Under the pieces are notes generated by a model that was not told the origin of the DNA, did not search any database, and was given only the letters and a program-made list of their open reading frames with translations. A DNA stretch of 64,000 bases from positions 252,561 to 316,560 of the forward strand of contig CAYOLV010000003.1 of assembly GCA_964404895.1 (NCBI GenBank), in the 5' to 3' direction. This document shows, in pieces, positions 46,967 through 57,363 of this stretch. The first letter of the stretch is position 1, and each line of letters opens with the position of its first letter. Source of the DNA: an uncultured Peptostreptococcaceae bacterium (GTDB lineage: Bacteria; Bacillota; Clostridia; Peptostreptococcales; Acidaminobacteraceae). The translations under genes were made by a program, and so were the position numbers.

Positions 46967-48532
46967 ATGAATCCTATCGAAAACCAATTAATTAACCTTA
47001 TTGAAAATGGCTTATATCAAGATGCAAATAGCTTTCTTGATAAACATCCCGAACTGATTGACTCTCCTTCAGAAAAAACTGCAAGTGGAATATCTATGCT
47101 TCTAATACTTATGGGCGACTTAGATGCATGTTTAAGTTTTGCTTCCTATCATCTAAAAAAAGTTCCAAGTGCTGATCTTTACTATAATAAGGCATATGCG
47201 CTTGAGCAATTAGGCGATTTCCAAAATGCAATTGTTTCATACCAATGCGCTAGGCTCTTCACAATTGACCCTGACCTTAGAAGGGATTCTACAGTAAAGA
47301 TTCAGCAATTACGTTTTCCTGAGTTGGATGAAACTGAGTTAATCGCTCATTTGGAATATATGTCTAATACAAAAGAATTCATTATTGACCAAATAAACTC
47401 ACCTAAGAAAATTTTAGAACCATCAAACTATAATATAACAGCTACACCGGTTGTTGTTGATAAACCAAGAATCCTATATGGTACGATGGAAATTGCTAAT
47501 CACATGTCCCATTATATTCGATATTTTAGAGATCATGGTTATGATACAATCGGCATTGATTATATTCCTTCTTATTTACGGTATGATTCCGATTTCTCAT
47601 ATGATATCAACCAACTAACACCTCAAAATACGCGAAATCATTTTATCGAAAATGCTGCAGATCTTATTCTTGATTATGATGTTTTTCATTTTCTCTTTAA
47701 TCGGACGCTAATGCCAGACGGATCCGACATAATTCCATTAAAACTGCTGAACAAAACCGTTTTCATGCATAATTTAGGTTCAGAAATTAGAATTCCAAGC
47801 ATCGCCAGATCACATCACCCTTTCTGGCATTATGCAGAAGAGTACTTGAATCAACTAAACGAAGATATTATATGTTCCAACCTGAAAATATACTCAAGCT
47901 GGATTGATCATTGTATTATTAACGATCAAGAAATGTTGTCTTATGTAGAACCATATTATAAAAACACCCATATGATTGGTCTACCAATTGACCTCAAAAA
48001 ATATCCTTATATCGGGATTAAAAACGAAGTTCCACTTAAGTTTGTCCACGCTCCGACAAATCAGAGCGTTAAAGGTTCTACCTATTTTGAAAGCGCGATT
48101 TTACACTTACAAAAGAAATACAACATTCTATATCAACGTATTGAACGTACTGGTCATGAAGACGCTATTAAACAATATGCTGAAGCAGACATAGTTCTTG
48201 ACGAGTTAATCATTGGTACCTACGGTAGTTTGACTATCGAATGTCTTGCAATGGGAAAATGTGTCGTGACCTTTATCAATCCAGGTTTCGATACACCCCA
48301 CGGTTCAGAAATACCCGTTTGGAGCGTTAATGTAGATAATATTATTGATCGATTAGAACTCTTAATTAATTCACCCGAAATAAGACAGTCGCTATCTAAT
48401 GCTGGGCGTGCATATGTTGAAAAATTCAACGATGTTTCCAAGATTGGTAGTAGTTTGCTGAGTCTTTATACTTCAGAGTTTGAAAAAAATATCAAACTAA
48501 GTAATCTTGATAGAGTAGATGTTAAATTTTAA
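46967..48532 (+). CDS. TPR-repeat protein fused to a GT-B (GT1/GT4-like) glycosyltransferase domain
   Basis: N-terminal TPR-like helices (YYNKAYALEQLGDFQNAIVSYQ). C-terminal VHAPTNQSVKGSTYF...DELIIGTYGSLTIECLAMGKCVV resembles the GT-B EX7E region. Start ATG 46967 with AAAGGAGA RBS. The only plus-strand gene between 20.3 kb and the window end. Confidence 0.6.
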   Translation: MNPIENQLINLIENGLYQDANSFLDKHPELIDSPSEKTASGISMLLILMGDLDACLSFASYHLKKVPSADLYYNKAYALEQLGDFQNAIVSYQCARLFTIDPDLRRDSTVKIQQLRFPELDETELIAHLEYMSNTKEFIIDQINSPKKILEPSNYNITATPVVVDKPRILYGTMEIANHMSHYIRYFRDHGYDTIGIDYIPSYLRYDSDFSYDINQLTPQNTRNHFIENAADLILDYDVFHFLFNRTLMPDGSDIIPLKLLNKTVFMHNLGSEIRIPSIARSHHPFWHYAEEYLNQLNEDIICSNLKIYSSWIDHCIINDQEMLSYVEPYYKNTHMIGLPIDLKKYPYIGIKNEVPLKFVHAPTNQSVKGSTYFESAILHLQKKYNILYQRIERTGHEDAIKQYAEADIVLDELIIGTYGSLTIECLAMGKCVVTFINPGFDTPHGSEIPVWSVNVDNIIDRLELLINSPEIRQSLSNAGRAYVEKFNDVSKIGSSLLSLYTSEFEKNIKLSNLDRVDVKF

Positions 48533-48599
48533 AAAACTCCTGTCTTTTGCATAAAGTTGAGTTCCCTTATGCAAAGTAATCTTGAATGAACTAAGTAAT

Positions 48600-48637
48600 A
48601 AAAGCTGACCCTGTAATGTACAGGAGTCAGCTTTTTT
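48600..48637. terminator. bidirectional rho-independent terminator between convergent island genes
   Basis: AAAGCTGACCCTGTA-atg-TACAGG(A)GTCAGCTTT, a long stem followed by TTTTTT on the + strand and by TTTTATT on the - strand. Confidence 0.8.
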
Positions 48638-48709
48638 ATCAAAATTTCATTATCTAAATTATTGTATCTCCATACGACTATGGATATTCTCCTAATTTCC
48701 CAATCATCA

Positions 48710-49840
48710 CTACTCATGCTTAATTGTATATTTCTCATAAAAGGATTTTGGCACTAGTTCCAACTTGTACATGAGATAGAAGAACGGTCTTAGTCTTTCA
48801 AATCGTTGTTTATATGTTTTGAAGTCTTTATAGCTTTTAACTGGCAAATTCATAACGCGTTCAAATTCCACATCTGTAAATTCCAGTCTTTTTTTTACCA
48901 GCTCCAATACACCATCTTCTAAGAAGTGTGGCTCATTCAAGCGCAGTTTACCTTCTTCCTTCGTTAGCTGTTTATTACGAACAAGTGCTGCTACTTCATT
49001 AACTCGTTGATCTAAATTAAAGCGCTTTGGCATAAAGTAACTATGATAGAAAGCTGTAAATCGATTTTCGAGATGATGTCCACCATACCACTGCCATCCA
49101 TATTTCTCACTTAGGAATTTTTTTGTATCTTCTTTATGATAATCAATATAGTATAAAGGTCTGACGCGTTTTATTTTATAAAACAACATATACTTCATAA
49201 ACTTATGGAACCATAGGTTTGGAAAAGTCTTCATTGGCAATTTTCCATATTTTTTATGCACGCTGTCAATATACTTCCCATCCATATAAATATGTCCAAG
49301 AGGAGTGCTACCTTCAGTTCTAAAAGAATGTCCATCAATAATATATTTGATATTGTATTTTTCACAAGCCATATACAGTGTTGTGATTAGACCAATATCT
49401 GTTGGCGTTTCAATATCCGGAAGGCCTGCTAGAAGGAATGAGCGATACAAATCATCATATTCTTTATTATCTACAACATAAGTAAATAATTCTATATCCA
49501 ATTGATCTAGCATCGTCTTAATGTTTTGCGTTGCAATTGCCGAATTCCAAGTATTATCAAAGTGAACTGCTAGAGGTCGAACACCGAGTTCTTTCATAAG
49601 ATGAAGCAAGTATGATGAATCACATCCGCCGCTAACTCCAATTGCACAGTCAAACTGCTTGCCTTTACCAGATTTTTTTATATCTTCAGCTAATTTCTCT
49701 AACTTTTTTCTGCCTTCTTCTCCAATAGGATATATCGCGTCAAATCTTTCAGACTCTCTGCAATAATTACATATACCTTCTTCGTCAAAGGTAATATTAG
49801 GAATTTTCTCATCATAGGTACATCTGCTGCATTCTTTCAT
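48710..49840 (-). CDS. N-acetyl sugar amidotransferase (WbpG/PseA-like, PP-loop ATP pyrophosphatase)
   Basis: N-terminal Cys cluster CSRC...CNYC and PP-loop GVSGGCDSSYLLH. Adjacent to HisH/HisF paralogs, as in acetamidino-sugar loci. Confidence 0.8.
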   Translation of the reverse strand: MKECSRCTYDEKIPNITFDEEGICNYCRESERFDAIYPIGEEGRKKLEKLAEDIKKSGKGKQFDCAIGVSGGCDSSYLLHLMKELGVRPLAVHFDNTWNSAIATQNIKTMLDQLDIELFTYVVDNKEYDDLYRSFLLAGLPDIETPTDIGLITTLYMACEKYNIKYIIDGHSFRTEGSTPLGHIYMDGKYIDSVHKKYGKLPMKTFPNLWFHKFMKYMLFYKIKRVRPLYYIDYHKEDTKKFLSEKYGWQWYGGHHLENRFTAFYHSYFMPKRFNLDQRVNEVAALVRNKQLTKEEGKLRLNEPHFLEDGVLELVKKRLEFTDVEFERVMNLPVKSYKDFKTYKQRFERLRPFFYLMYKLELVPKSFYEKYTIKHE

Positions 49841-49857
49841 AACAACCTCCCTCTGAT

Positions 49858-50610
49858 CTATCTCATATGTTCGATTTCTTTATTTGGATAGTTAATCAGT
49901 ACCCCTCTAAACTCACTTTTATAGACAAACAAGCTTCCTGCCGCTAGGGCTGGAACTCCTGTTTTAAAAGCTTCTCTCAAATGCTCCAAATTACCTGCCC
50001 CGCCAAGACCTATTACAGGCACGTTAATCCGTTCCATGCACATTTTTATAAGTTCGATGTTATATCCCTTCATTTCACCGTCACGCTGTATATCGTTAAT
50101 TAAAATCTCACCTATACCGAGATTGTCGATATACATCAGAACTTCATCAAATTTCATTTTAACTTTTACTTTACCGTTTCTTAAAAACACCTCATAGCTA
50201 CCCCAAATATTTTTTTTGCAATCGATTGATGCAATAATTGCTTGAGCCCCAAACTTAGCGACAGCTTGCCTTACAACCTCTGGATTTTCGAAAAGGAGGG
50301 AATTAAGGCTTATTTTCTCTACACCGATCTGGAAAATTTGTTCCATCTGTTCAATCGTTTTAACGCCTCCACCATAAGCAAGCGGTATGAAACACTCATC
50401 TACAATTTTTTTGATCAAAGAAATGTTAGGTTTTTTTCCTTCTGTAGTAGCTGAAATATCCAAAATAATAAGTTCATCCACTTCACAATCGTTGTATATT
50501 TTTACAGCATTAATCGGATCACCAATATAACTAAATTTATTAAATTGAATAGTCTTGACTAATGCTTCATCCTTAAGTAACAAACAAGGAATTATTCGTC
50601 TTTTTAACAT
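49858..50610 (-). CDS. imidazole glycerol phosphate synthase cyclase subunit paralog (HisF-like)
   Basis: RIIPCLLLKD N-terminus and GGGV...GAGN (beta/alpha)8 phosphate-binding motifs. Not in a his operon. Confidence 0.8.
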   Translation of the reverse strand: MLKRRIIPCLLLKDEALVKTIQFNKFSYIGDPINAVKIYNDCEVDELIILDISATTEGKKPNISLIKKIVDECFIPLAYGGGVKTIEQMEQIFQIGVEKISLNSLLFENPEVVRQAVAKFGAQAIIASIDCKKNIWGSYEVFLRNGKVKVKMKFDEVLMYIDNLGIGEILINDIQRDGEMKGYNIELIKMCMERINVPVIGLGGAGNLEHLREAFKTGVPALAAGSLFVYKSEFRGVLINYPNKEIEHMR

Positions 50611-50613
50611 TGT

Positions 50614-51225
50614 TTATCCCGCCTCTACAAAGTTCTTCAAGATGCGCATTCCAAACTTATGACTTTTTTCAGGATGAAATTGAACACCGTAAATATTTCC
50701 CTTTTGAAAAGCCGCTGTAAATCGATTGATATAATCCGCATACAAAATAACTTCTTCTTCATTCTGACACTTAACATAATAAGAGTGGACAAAATAGTAG
50801 CGGTAGGTTGAATCAAATCCCTCGCTTAATGGACTCTGGGTGCTAACATAAACTTCATTCCACCCCATATGCGGTATTCGTTCTTTCTTTTCACTTGGAA
50901 TAAATTTTACAGTTTTACCTTCAATCCATCCCAATCCCGGAAGTATACCCTCTTCGCTGGAATCCGTCATCAATTGCATGCCCAAGCAAATACCTAAAAT
51001 TGGCTTTTTTTCAACATTGACCAATTGATTCAGAATCGATTCTAATCCAGAATCTCTCAATGCCTTGATTCCAGGGTCAAAACTTCCAACACCAGGCAAT
51101 ATTAGTTTATCGGCTTGTCTAAGAATCACAGGATCCTTGGTAATGACAGAATCAAAACCTATTTTTTTGATCATATTTTGAATGGATCCGGTATTGCCAA
51201 ATCCATAGTTAACAATGGCTATCAT
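50614..51225 (-). CDS. glutamine amidotransferase subunit paralog (HisH-like)
   Basis: Class I GATase triad context: LILPGVGSF, GICLGMQLM, HSYY, FHPEKS. Confidence 0.8.
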   Translation of the reverse strand: MIAIVNYGFGNTGSIQNMIKKIGFDSVITKDPVILRQADKLILPGVGSFDPGIKALRDSGLESILNQLVNVEKKPILGICLGMQLMTDSSEEGILPGLGWIEGKTVKFIPSEKKERIPHMGWNEVYVSTQSPLSEGFDSTYRYYFVHSYYVKCQNEEEVILYADYINRFTAAFQKGNIYGVQFHPEKSHKFGMRILKNFVEAG

Positions 51226-51232
51226 GGAAACC

Positions 51233-51781
51233 CTACTCCTTCAAGTACTCAATTTGAATTGATCCATCCTCATTTATAATAATCTTACCAATCAATTTGG
51301 CTGGTGTTCCAGCAATTACGCTGTTTTCAGCAAAGGACTTATTAACATAACTATTTGCTGCTACAATTGAATGATTACCAATTGTTACTCCTTTATCAAT
51401 GATGCATTGACTCCCAATATAAACGCCATTTCCTATTGAAGTTGGCGCATAACTATATGAAGCATTCCCTTCTGTGAGAACCCACGCAAGAGAACTGTGG
51501 GTATAAATTTGAACGCCTGCAGACACATTGCAGTATCTACCAATTTCCAACCCCCCCGTTCCGTCTAAAATAGTGAAGGGCCCAATCCAGGTTTTTTCTC
51601 CAACCTCTACTTCGCCAAAAACAAATGAACTGTCATAGATACTTGCACCTTCTTCAAAATTGAGAAATTTAGCCTTATCCCACCGGTTATTGAACAGTTC
51701 TGACCTTGGAATAACCCGTTTCCAATCTGTTAGCATTTCTCTCTCTCGATGTTCCAACTCCACAATTAATTCATCCCACAT
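51233..51781 (-). CDS. hexapeptide-repeat acyl/acetyltransferase
   Basis: 182 aa with LbH repeats (IGNGVYIGSQCIIDKGVTIGNHSIVAANSYV). Confidence 0.65.
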   Translation of the reverse strand: MWDELIVELEHREREMLTDWKRVIPRSELFNNRWDKAKFLNFEEGASIYDSSFVFGEVEVGEKTWIGPFTILDGTGGLEIGRYCNVSAGVQIYTHSSLAWVLTEGNASYSYAPTSIGNGVYIGSQCIIDKGVTIGNHSIVAANSYVNKSFAENSVIAGTPAKLIGKIIINEDGSIQIEYLKE

Positions 51782-51783
51782 TA

Positions 51784-52917
51784 CTACATTCCCTCACATT
51801 CACTAAGGCATTTAAGGAAACATTTTGATATAATGCATATGTCTTCTATCGTCAAACTTTGATGCAGTGGTAAGCATAAGCCGTGTTCAAACAACTTTTT
51901 TGAAATAGGCATTCCGCTTGGATAATGTTTACTGTACTTATTTTTATAATACTCAGTATGCAATGTCGAGTATGCGCCATAATTTGATTCAATTCCAAAT
52001 TCTCTTAACATTGCAATTAATTTTTTCCGATTAATCTGTGGCTCTAAAACAACCATAAAAGACTGCCAAGTATGCCCATCTTGCCATTTAGGTAATTTCA
52101 CTAAGTCAGAATTAATCTGTCTTCTGTATTCATTTTGAAGGATTCTTCGTGTTTTGATCCAGTCGTCGAACAAATCGATTTGAACAACGCCTAGAACCGC
52201 TTGCATATTTGTAAGTCTATAATTTAGTCCCGGTGCTATAAAATCAATTGATCCGTTTTTCGATTGCATTCCATGATTTCTTAACACCTTAACCTTCTCA
52301 ATGAAAAACTTGTTATTTGAGACGATAGCTCCGCCTTCACCTGTTGTGATTGCTTTTCTAGGATGAAAAGAAAAACAGCCTACATCTGACAGAAGACCCA
52401 CCTTGTCTTGACCCGCTTCCGTACCAAATGCACACGCAGCGTCCTCTATTAAAAACAAATTATAATCCTTGGTTATTTTAGCGATAGTTTCAATTTGTCC
52501 TGCAGCTCCAAACTCATGAACTAAAATAACACCCTTAAGCACTATTTTATCCTGCCAAGTTTCTATAGCTTCGACTAACTTCATTGGATCCATCGAATAA
52601 AAGTCTGACTCCACATCTACAAAAATTGGGATTGCTCCCATTACCTCAATTACGTTTACTGTTGCAGGGAACGTGAAGTTAGAAACTAAGACGCCTTCAC
52701 CCGGTTTTATATCAAGTGCCATCAAAGCTAAATGTAAGCTTGCAGTACATGATGAAGTCACGGCTACATTTGATGACTCTATTCCAAGATAACTTCCAAT
52801 TTTATATTCGAACAACTCGCACTTTTCTCCATGAACAAGCTGTTTTGAAAACAACACTTCCTTCATCAACTCAAATTGCTCTTGATTGATAACAGGGTCT
52901 GCAAGTCTATAACGCAT
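51784..52917 (-). CDS. DegT/DnrJ/EryC1/StrS-family PLP aminotransferase (second copy)
   Basis: 377 aa with SFHPRKAITTGEGG (PLP lysine region) and RNHG. Confidence 0.75.
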   Translation of the reverse strand: MRYRLADPVINQEQFELMKEVLFSKQLVHGEKCELFEYKIGSYLGIESSNVAVTSSCTASLHLALMALDIKPGEGVLVSNFTFPATVNVIEVMGAIPIFVDVESDFYSMDPMKLVEAIETWQDKIVLKGVILVHEFGAAGQIETIAKITKDYNLFLIEDAACAFGTEAGQDKVGLLSDVGCFSFHPRKAITTGEGGAIVSNNKFFIEKVKVLRNHGMQSKNGSIDFIAPGLNYRLTNMQAVLGVVQIDLFDDWIKTRRILQNEYRRQINSDLVKLPKWQDGHTWQSFMVVLEPQINRKKLIAMLREFGIESNYGAYSTLHTEYYKNKYSKHYPSGMPISKKLFEHGLCLPLHQSLTIEDICIISKCFLKCLSECEGM

Positions 52918-52929
52918 TAATCTTCACCC

Positions 52930-53928
52930 CTACATCTTAAAAATTTCTGGATAGTCTGGCATGAGAATGTTATTTGCTTTGTACCATTCACTTGTTCTTT
53001 TAATGCCTTCTTCCAAATTAATTTGAGCTTCTAAACCAAGAATTTCTCTCATTTTATCAACTTTTGGAATACGCAATTCAATATCTGCGGAAAGTGGCGG
53101 TCTGAATACAATTTTCGATTCTGATCCTAATACCCTGCAAACAGCCTGAGCCAGACCATAAATAGTCGTGATATCTCTCGCATTTCCAATGTTGAAGGAT
53201 TGTCCCACGGCGTTTGGATTCTCAAGACACGCCATAACGCCATCAATCATATCATCGATATAACACCAAGCCCTAATCTGAGTGCCATCTCCAAAGATCA
53301 GTATGTCATCTCCTCTGAGCGCTTTCCTAATGAATATCTGAATTGCACCTTCACCAATCTGACCTGGTCCGTAAATGTTGAATGGTCTAACTGTTACTGT
53401 AGGCAGTCCGCACTTTTTATGATATGCCTCTGTGAAATGCTCTCCTGTCAATTTGCTAACTGCATATGTCCATCGAGCTTCTCCAGCAACACCTGTAACC
53501 ATATTGTCGCTTTCTTCAGACTTATAAGCATGATTTCCAAAAACTTCTGATGTGGAGAAATCAATAAATCTATCAATGCCACGTCTTTCGTGAAGTTTTG
53601 CAGCCACATCTAATACATTGTAGGTACCTAAAATATTGACCTTCATTGTCCTAACTGGGTCTTTGACAGTATTGTCAATTCCAGCTACTGCTGCAGCATG
53701 TACAATAATGTCTACATCTGTCATGGCAGTTTCGAGTGCCTCATAGTCTAAAATATCACCTTCAATTAAGGTTAGATTCTTATGACCGTAGTAATGCTTG
53801 CTTTGAAGCGAATTTCGTTCCAATTTATCAAACACGATAATTTCATTATCTTCTACAAGTCTTTCAATTAAGGTAGATCCGATAAAACCAGCTCCACCAG
53901 TTATGAATATTTTTTTATTATTAATCAT
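52930..53928 (-). CDS. NAD-dependent sugar-nucleotide epimerase/dehydratase (extended SDR)
   Basis: [10 protein letters not shown] Rossmann and catalytic YAVSK (YxxxK); 332 aa. Confidence 0.75.
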   Translation of the reverse strand: MINNKKIFITGGAGFIGSTLIERLVEDNEIIVFDKLERNSLQSKHYYGHKNLTLIEGDILDYEALETAMTDVDIIVHAAAVAGIDNTVKDPVRTMKVNILGTYNVLDVAAKLHERRGIDRFIDFSTSEVFGNHAYKSEESDNMVTGVAGEARWTYAVSKLTGEHFTEAYHKKCGLPTVTVRPFNIYGPGQIGEGAIQIFIRKALRGDDILIFGDGTQIRAWCYIDDMIDGVMACLENPNAVGQSFNIGNARDITTIYGLAQAVCRVLGSESKIVFRPPLSADIELRIPKVDKMREILGLEAQINLEEGIKRTSEWYKANNILMPDYPEIFKM

Positions 53929-53953
53929 TAATTTGCTCCATTATTATTATTTT

Positions 53954-56038
53954 TTAGTGACTTCTTTTTCTCAATGCATCATCATATTTTATTTGCATTG
54001 TCTCATCAACACCGTATATTTTAGTAAACTCAGTTATTATTGATGCAACGTCATCAAATAAATTATTTCCTAATAGATAATCGATATTCTTTACTAATTC
54101 TTCTTTTAATTTTTCAAATTCTGTATCATTATGTCTTTTTGTTGAATCAACATTGTCTAAATTAATTTTGTTGTTAATCCACGTTAACAACGACTTACTC
54201 CATTCTGGGAAAATTAAACATGCGTGATTTACAAGTTCTATCTTCTCACTCTCTGCACCATTAAATAAATTATATATAATCGCCAATAATTGTTCTTCAC
54301 TATTTTTAAATTCATTCATTAATCTAGAATTTAAAAAATCAGCATTATACTTAAAACATAAGCCATTAATACCATTTTGAAAATACTTATCCATGTAAGT
54401 TAAATATTTTTCATCGCCAAATGAAGAAATCATTAGATATTTATACAAAATGCGCTTCAAATTTAAATAAGAGTAGATTTGCATTTCTTCAAAGATAATT
54501 AAATATTTTTCGATGTTATTCGCAAGATCATGATATTTTTCATCAGCTGCTGATAGCAATGTCATCATATCTGATTCGTTTATTTTACTAAATATACTTG
54601 AAAAGTCATATTTTTTTTCGATTCCCAAAACTAACGCTTCGTCACAAGAAATAGTTAAGAGATCATCAAAATCATTTCCATTACCATTATTATTTGTAAT
54701 TTCTAAGATTGTCTCTGAATTAATTCTCATGCTAATAACTTTCCCTAACATTGAAGGTATGGAACCTAATTGGTACACGTTATTACCCTCGACTACTTCG
54801 CTTAATTTATATTTGCTAATGTTAGACCAAACCATTTCATCCAATCGAATCCACCGTTTTACTGGATATCTGTGATACAACTCTATTACATCTTCAAATT
54901 TCATCAGTCGAATACTAGCTTTAATGTAATTATTCAAACTATTAATAAAGAATTCAGTACTTTCATTTGTATTATTAATCATCCAGCTCGAATACACCTG
55001 TACATTATCCCACTCTTCTTTTTTGCAATAAGCTTGAGATAAATTGTACCTACATTCTTCTTCTGACTGAAGCGTATATAGTTGAACAGAAAAATTTTTA
55101 CTTATTGCAAGATTTTTGATATTTGGAAGCATTTCTAAGTACTTTATCATTTGATTTATACCGTTATCCAAATCTTCAATCCCAAAATAAGCCATCCCCA
55201 AGAAATAATGCAAATCTATGTGGTCAGGCTCTAAGACAAGTCCTTCTTGAGCAATCTCTATCGCACGAGAATACTCTTTTTTTGCAATTAGCGTTTTACA
55301 ATATGGACCCCATAAATATAAAGTTGATAAATTCTTTTGATTCTGCTTCAATATCAAATTATACGTCTTTTCATATTCAACCTTTGATAGATCAAGATCT
55401 TTGTACATATCATATGTTGTCGCCAACTGGAATCGATAATATATATTTTCTGGATCTTTCTCCAACTCATTTAAGAGAAGTGCAGATGTTCTTAAAAATT
55501 TTCTTTCCATTAAATCCATATCATCAGAAATATAACCATAGTGTATGATTTGACTATTCAGTTCTATTACATTTCCTGTAATAAAAGGTATGTTATGTAC
55601 ACTACCTTCATATCTCAATTCCCCATCATTTCTAAATAACCGAACAGTAGTTAAGGCTGATCCTGCTTCACCTTTTTTATTAGCGATATTTAAAAGCTTT
55701 AAAGCCGCTGCTACAAAATTTCTATCATTAGCTTTAACAAAAGAAATTAGAGCCTGAGGATCTATCAGCTCTTCATCAGCATCAATAATTAAAATCCAAT
55801 TGCCTTTTGCGTAGCCAATACTTTTGTTCCTCATTTCTGAAAAATCATGATTCCATTCATGATGGTATATCTTATCTGTATATTTTTGAGCAATATTGAC
55901 GGTTGAATCAGTTGAACCTGTGTCAATAATTATCAATTCACTTTGCAACTCAGCTTTTAATATTTCCAAGCTATCCAAACATCTTACTAAATTACTTTCT
56001 TCATTCTTTACCATCATACAAATACTTAATTGAATCAT
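53954..56038 (-). CDS. family-2 glycosyltransferase fused to a long TPR/helical-repeat region (candidate flagellin glycosyltransferase)
   Basis: N-terminal GT-A domain (LSICMMVKNEE...IIDTGSTDST...IIDADE), then ~450 aa of TPR-like helical repeats. Start ATG 56038 with AAGGAGAG RBS. First gene downstream of flagellin. Confidence 0.7.
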   Translation of the reverse strand: MIQLSICMMVKNEESNLVRCLDSLEILKAELQSELIIIDTGSTDSTVNIAQKYTDKIYHHEWNHDFSEMRNKSIGYAKGNWILIIDADEELIDPQALISFVKANDRNFVAAALKLLNIANKKGEAGSALTTVRLFRNDGELRYEGSVHNIPFITGNVIELNSQIIHYGYISDDMDLMERKFLRTSALLLNELEKDPENIYYRFQLATTYDMYKDLDLSKVEYEKTYNLILKQNQKNLSTLYLWGPYCKTLIAKKEYSRAIEIAQEGLVLEPDHIDLHYFLGMAYFGIEDLDNGINQMIKYLEMLPNIKNLAISKNFSVQLYTLQSEEECRYNLSQAYCKKEEWDNVQVYSSWMINNTNESTEFFINSLNNYIKASIRLMKFEDVIELYHRYPVKRWIRLDEMVWSNISKYKLSEVVEGNNVYQLGSIPSMLGKVISMRINSETILEITNNNGNGNDFDDLLTISCDEALVLGIEKKYDFSSIFSKINESDMMTLLSAADEKYHDLANNIEKYLIIFEEMQIYSYLNLKRILYKYLMISSFGDEKYLTYMDKYFQNGINGLCFKYNADFLNSRLMNEFKNSEEQLLAIIYNLFNGAESEKIELVNHACLIFPEWSKSLLTWINNKINLDNVDSTKRHNDTEFEKLKEELVKNIDYLLGNNLFDDVASIITEFTKIYGVDETMQIKYDDALRKRSH

Positions 56039-56111
56039 GTTATACTCTCCTTTGCTTCTTTTAAAATTCAAACAAAAATACTGAATTATAGTATATTTTC
56101 GTTTCAACTCT

Positions 56112-56145
56112 AAAAAATAGCCACCCTCGAAGGGAGGATGGCTAT
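56112..56145 (-). terminator. rho-independent terminator after the flagellin gene
   Basis: Minus strand reads ATAGCCATCCTCCC-ttcg-AGGGTGGCTAT followed by TTTTTT, starting ~15 nt after the flagellin stop. Confidence 0.8.
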
Positions 56146-56160
56146 CAGTTCAAGCATTAA

Positions 56161-57357
56161 CTATCTTAATAATTGTAGAACGCCTTGTGGCGCTTGGTTA
56201 GCTTGTGCAAGCATAGCTTGAGCAGCTTGAGTAAGGATGTTGTTCTTAGTGAATGTCATCATTTCTTTTGCCATATCAACGTCTCTTACACGAGATTCAG
56301 ATGCTTGTAAGTTCTCAGCAGCTGTATCTAAGTTTTTAATTGTGTGCTCTAAACGGTTTTGCATAGCACCAAGTGAAGATCTTTGTGAAGATACTTTCTC
56401 AAGAGCGCCTTGAACAGTTTCAATCGCAACTTGTGCGCCAAACTTAGTAGAAATATCTACAGTGTCAACACCTATAGCAGAAGCTCTCATGTCGCCCATT
56501 GAGATAAATGCTGTTTGACCTGTATTCGCACCGATTTGACCCATAACCGCTCCGCCTAATGATGAAGAAGCTGCTTCAAATTTGCTGAATACGAAAGTAA
56601 TTGAATCTCCTACTTTTAATTCATTCATCACTTTGCCAGTGATTGTAGCAGTTGCAGCACCACCAGTGATAACAGAAGCACTGAATGTCAATAATGAGTT
56701 ACTTGTTACAGCAATACCAGTACTTGCTGTAGAACCATCGGCTGAAACAACCTGCCAATCGCCTGCAACAACAGCACTTGCACCTGAAGCAACACTGCTA
56801 GCTACTCTGATTACCATATAAGCGCCGTTAACAGCAGATGAAGTAGCAGCTGAAGCCGCAGTTCCATCTAAAGCAAGCGTTACAGGAGAGTTGTTGTTAG
56901 CTCTTACTGTACCGTCAATTTTTTCTGTAACGCCTTTAGCAGAACCTTCAAGAAGTTTCTTAGTATTGAACTCAGTTGTGTTACCAATTCTATCAAGCTC
57001 GCCTACTAATTGTTTAACTTCGTTTTGAAGTGCTTTTCTATCAGAGTCAGTGTTTGTATCATTGGCTGATTGAACAGAAAGTTCTCTCATTCTTTGAAGA
57101 ATTGAGTGTGATTCATTAAGTGCACCCTCAGCTGTTTGGATCAATGAAATCGTATCTTGTGAGTTTCTAGAAGCTTGTCCTAAGCCTCTGATTTGTCCTC
57201 TCATTTTTTCAGAGATTGCCAAACCAGCAGCATCGTCGCCAGCTCTGTTGATTCTAAGACCAGAAGATAATTTTTCAATTGATTTTGCGCCAGACTCATT
57301 ATTGATACCTAATTGTCTGTGTGTATTCATTGCCATTAAGTTGTTATTGATTCTCAT
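56161..57357 (-). CDS. fliC: flagellin
   Basis: Conserved N-terminus [19 protein letters not shown]...[23 protein letters not shown] and C-terminus ...[26 protein letters not shown]. The central ~150 aa are very Ser/Thr/Ala-rich. Confidence 0.95.
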   Translation of the reverse strand: MRINNNLMAMNTHRQLGINNESGAKSIEKLSSGLRINRAGDDAAGLAISEKMRGQIRGLGQASRNSQDTISLIQTAEGALNESHSILQRMRELSVQSANDTNTDSDRKALQNEVKQLVGELDRIGNTTEFNTKKLLEGSAKGVTEKIDGTVRANNNSPVTLALDGTAASAATSSAVNGAYMVIRVASSVASGASAVVAGDWQVVSADGSTASTGIAVTSNSLLTFSASVITGGAATATITGKVMNELKVGDSITFVFSKFEAASSSLGGAVMGQIGANTGQTAFISMGDMRASAIGVDTVDISTKFGAQVAIETVQGALEKVSSQRSSLGAMQNRLEHTIKNLDTAAENLQASESRVRDVDMAKEMMTFTKNNILTQAAQAMLAQANQAPQGVLQLLR

Positions 57358-57363
57358 AATACT

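Noticed and set aside
56039-56111. Possible sigmaA promoter (TTTAGA-N18-TATAAT) for the GT2-TPR operon just after the flagellin terminator
   Set aside because: The -35 is poor and the region AT-rich. Terminator read-through from the flagellin promoter is an equally good explanation.
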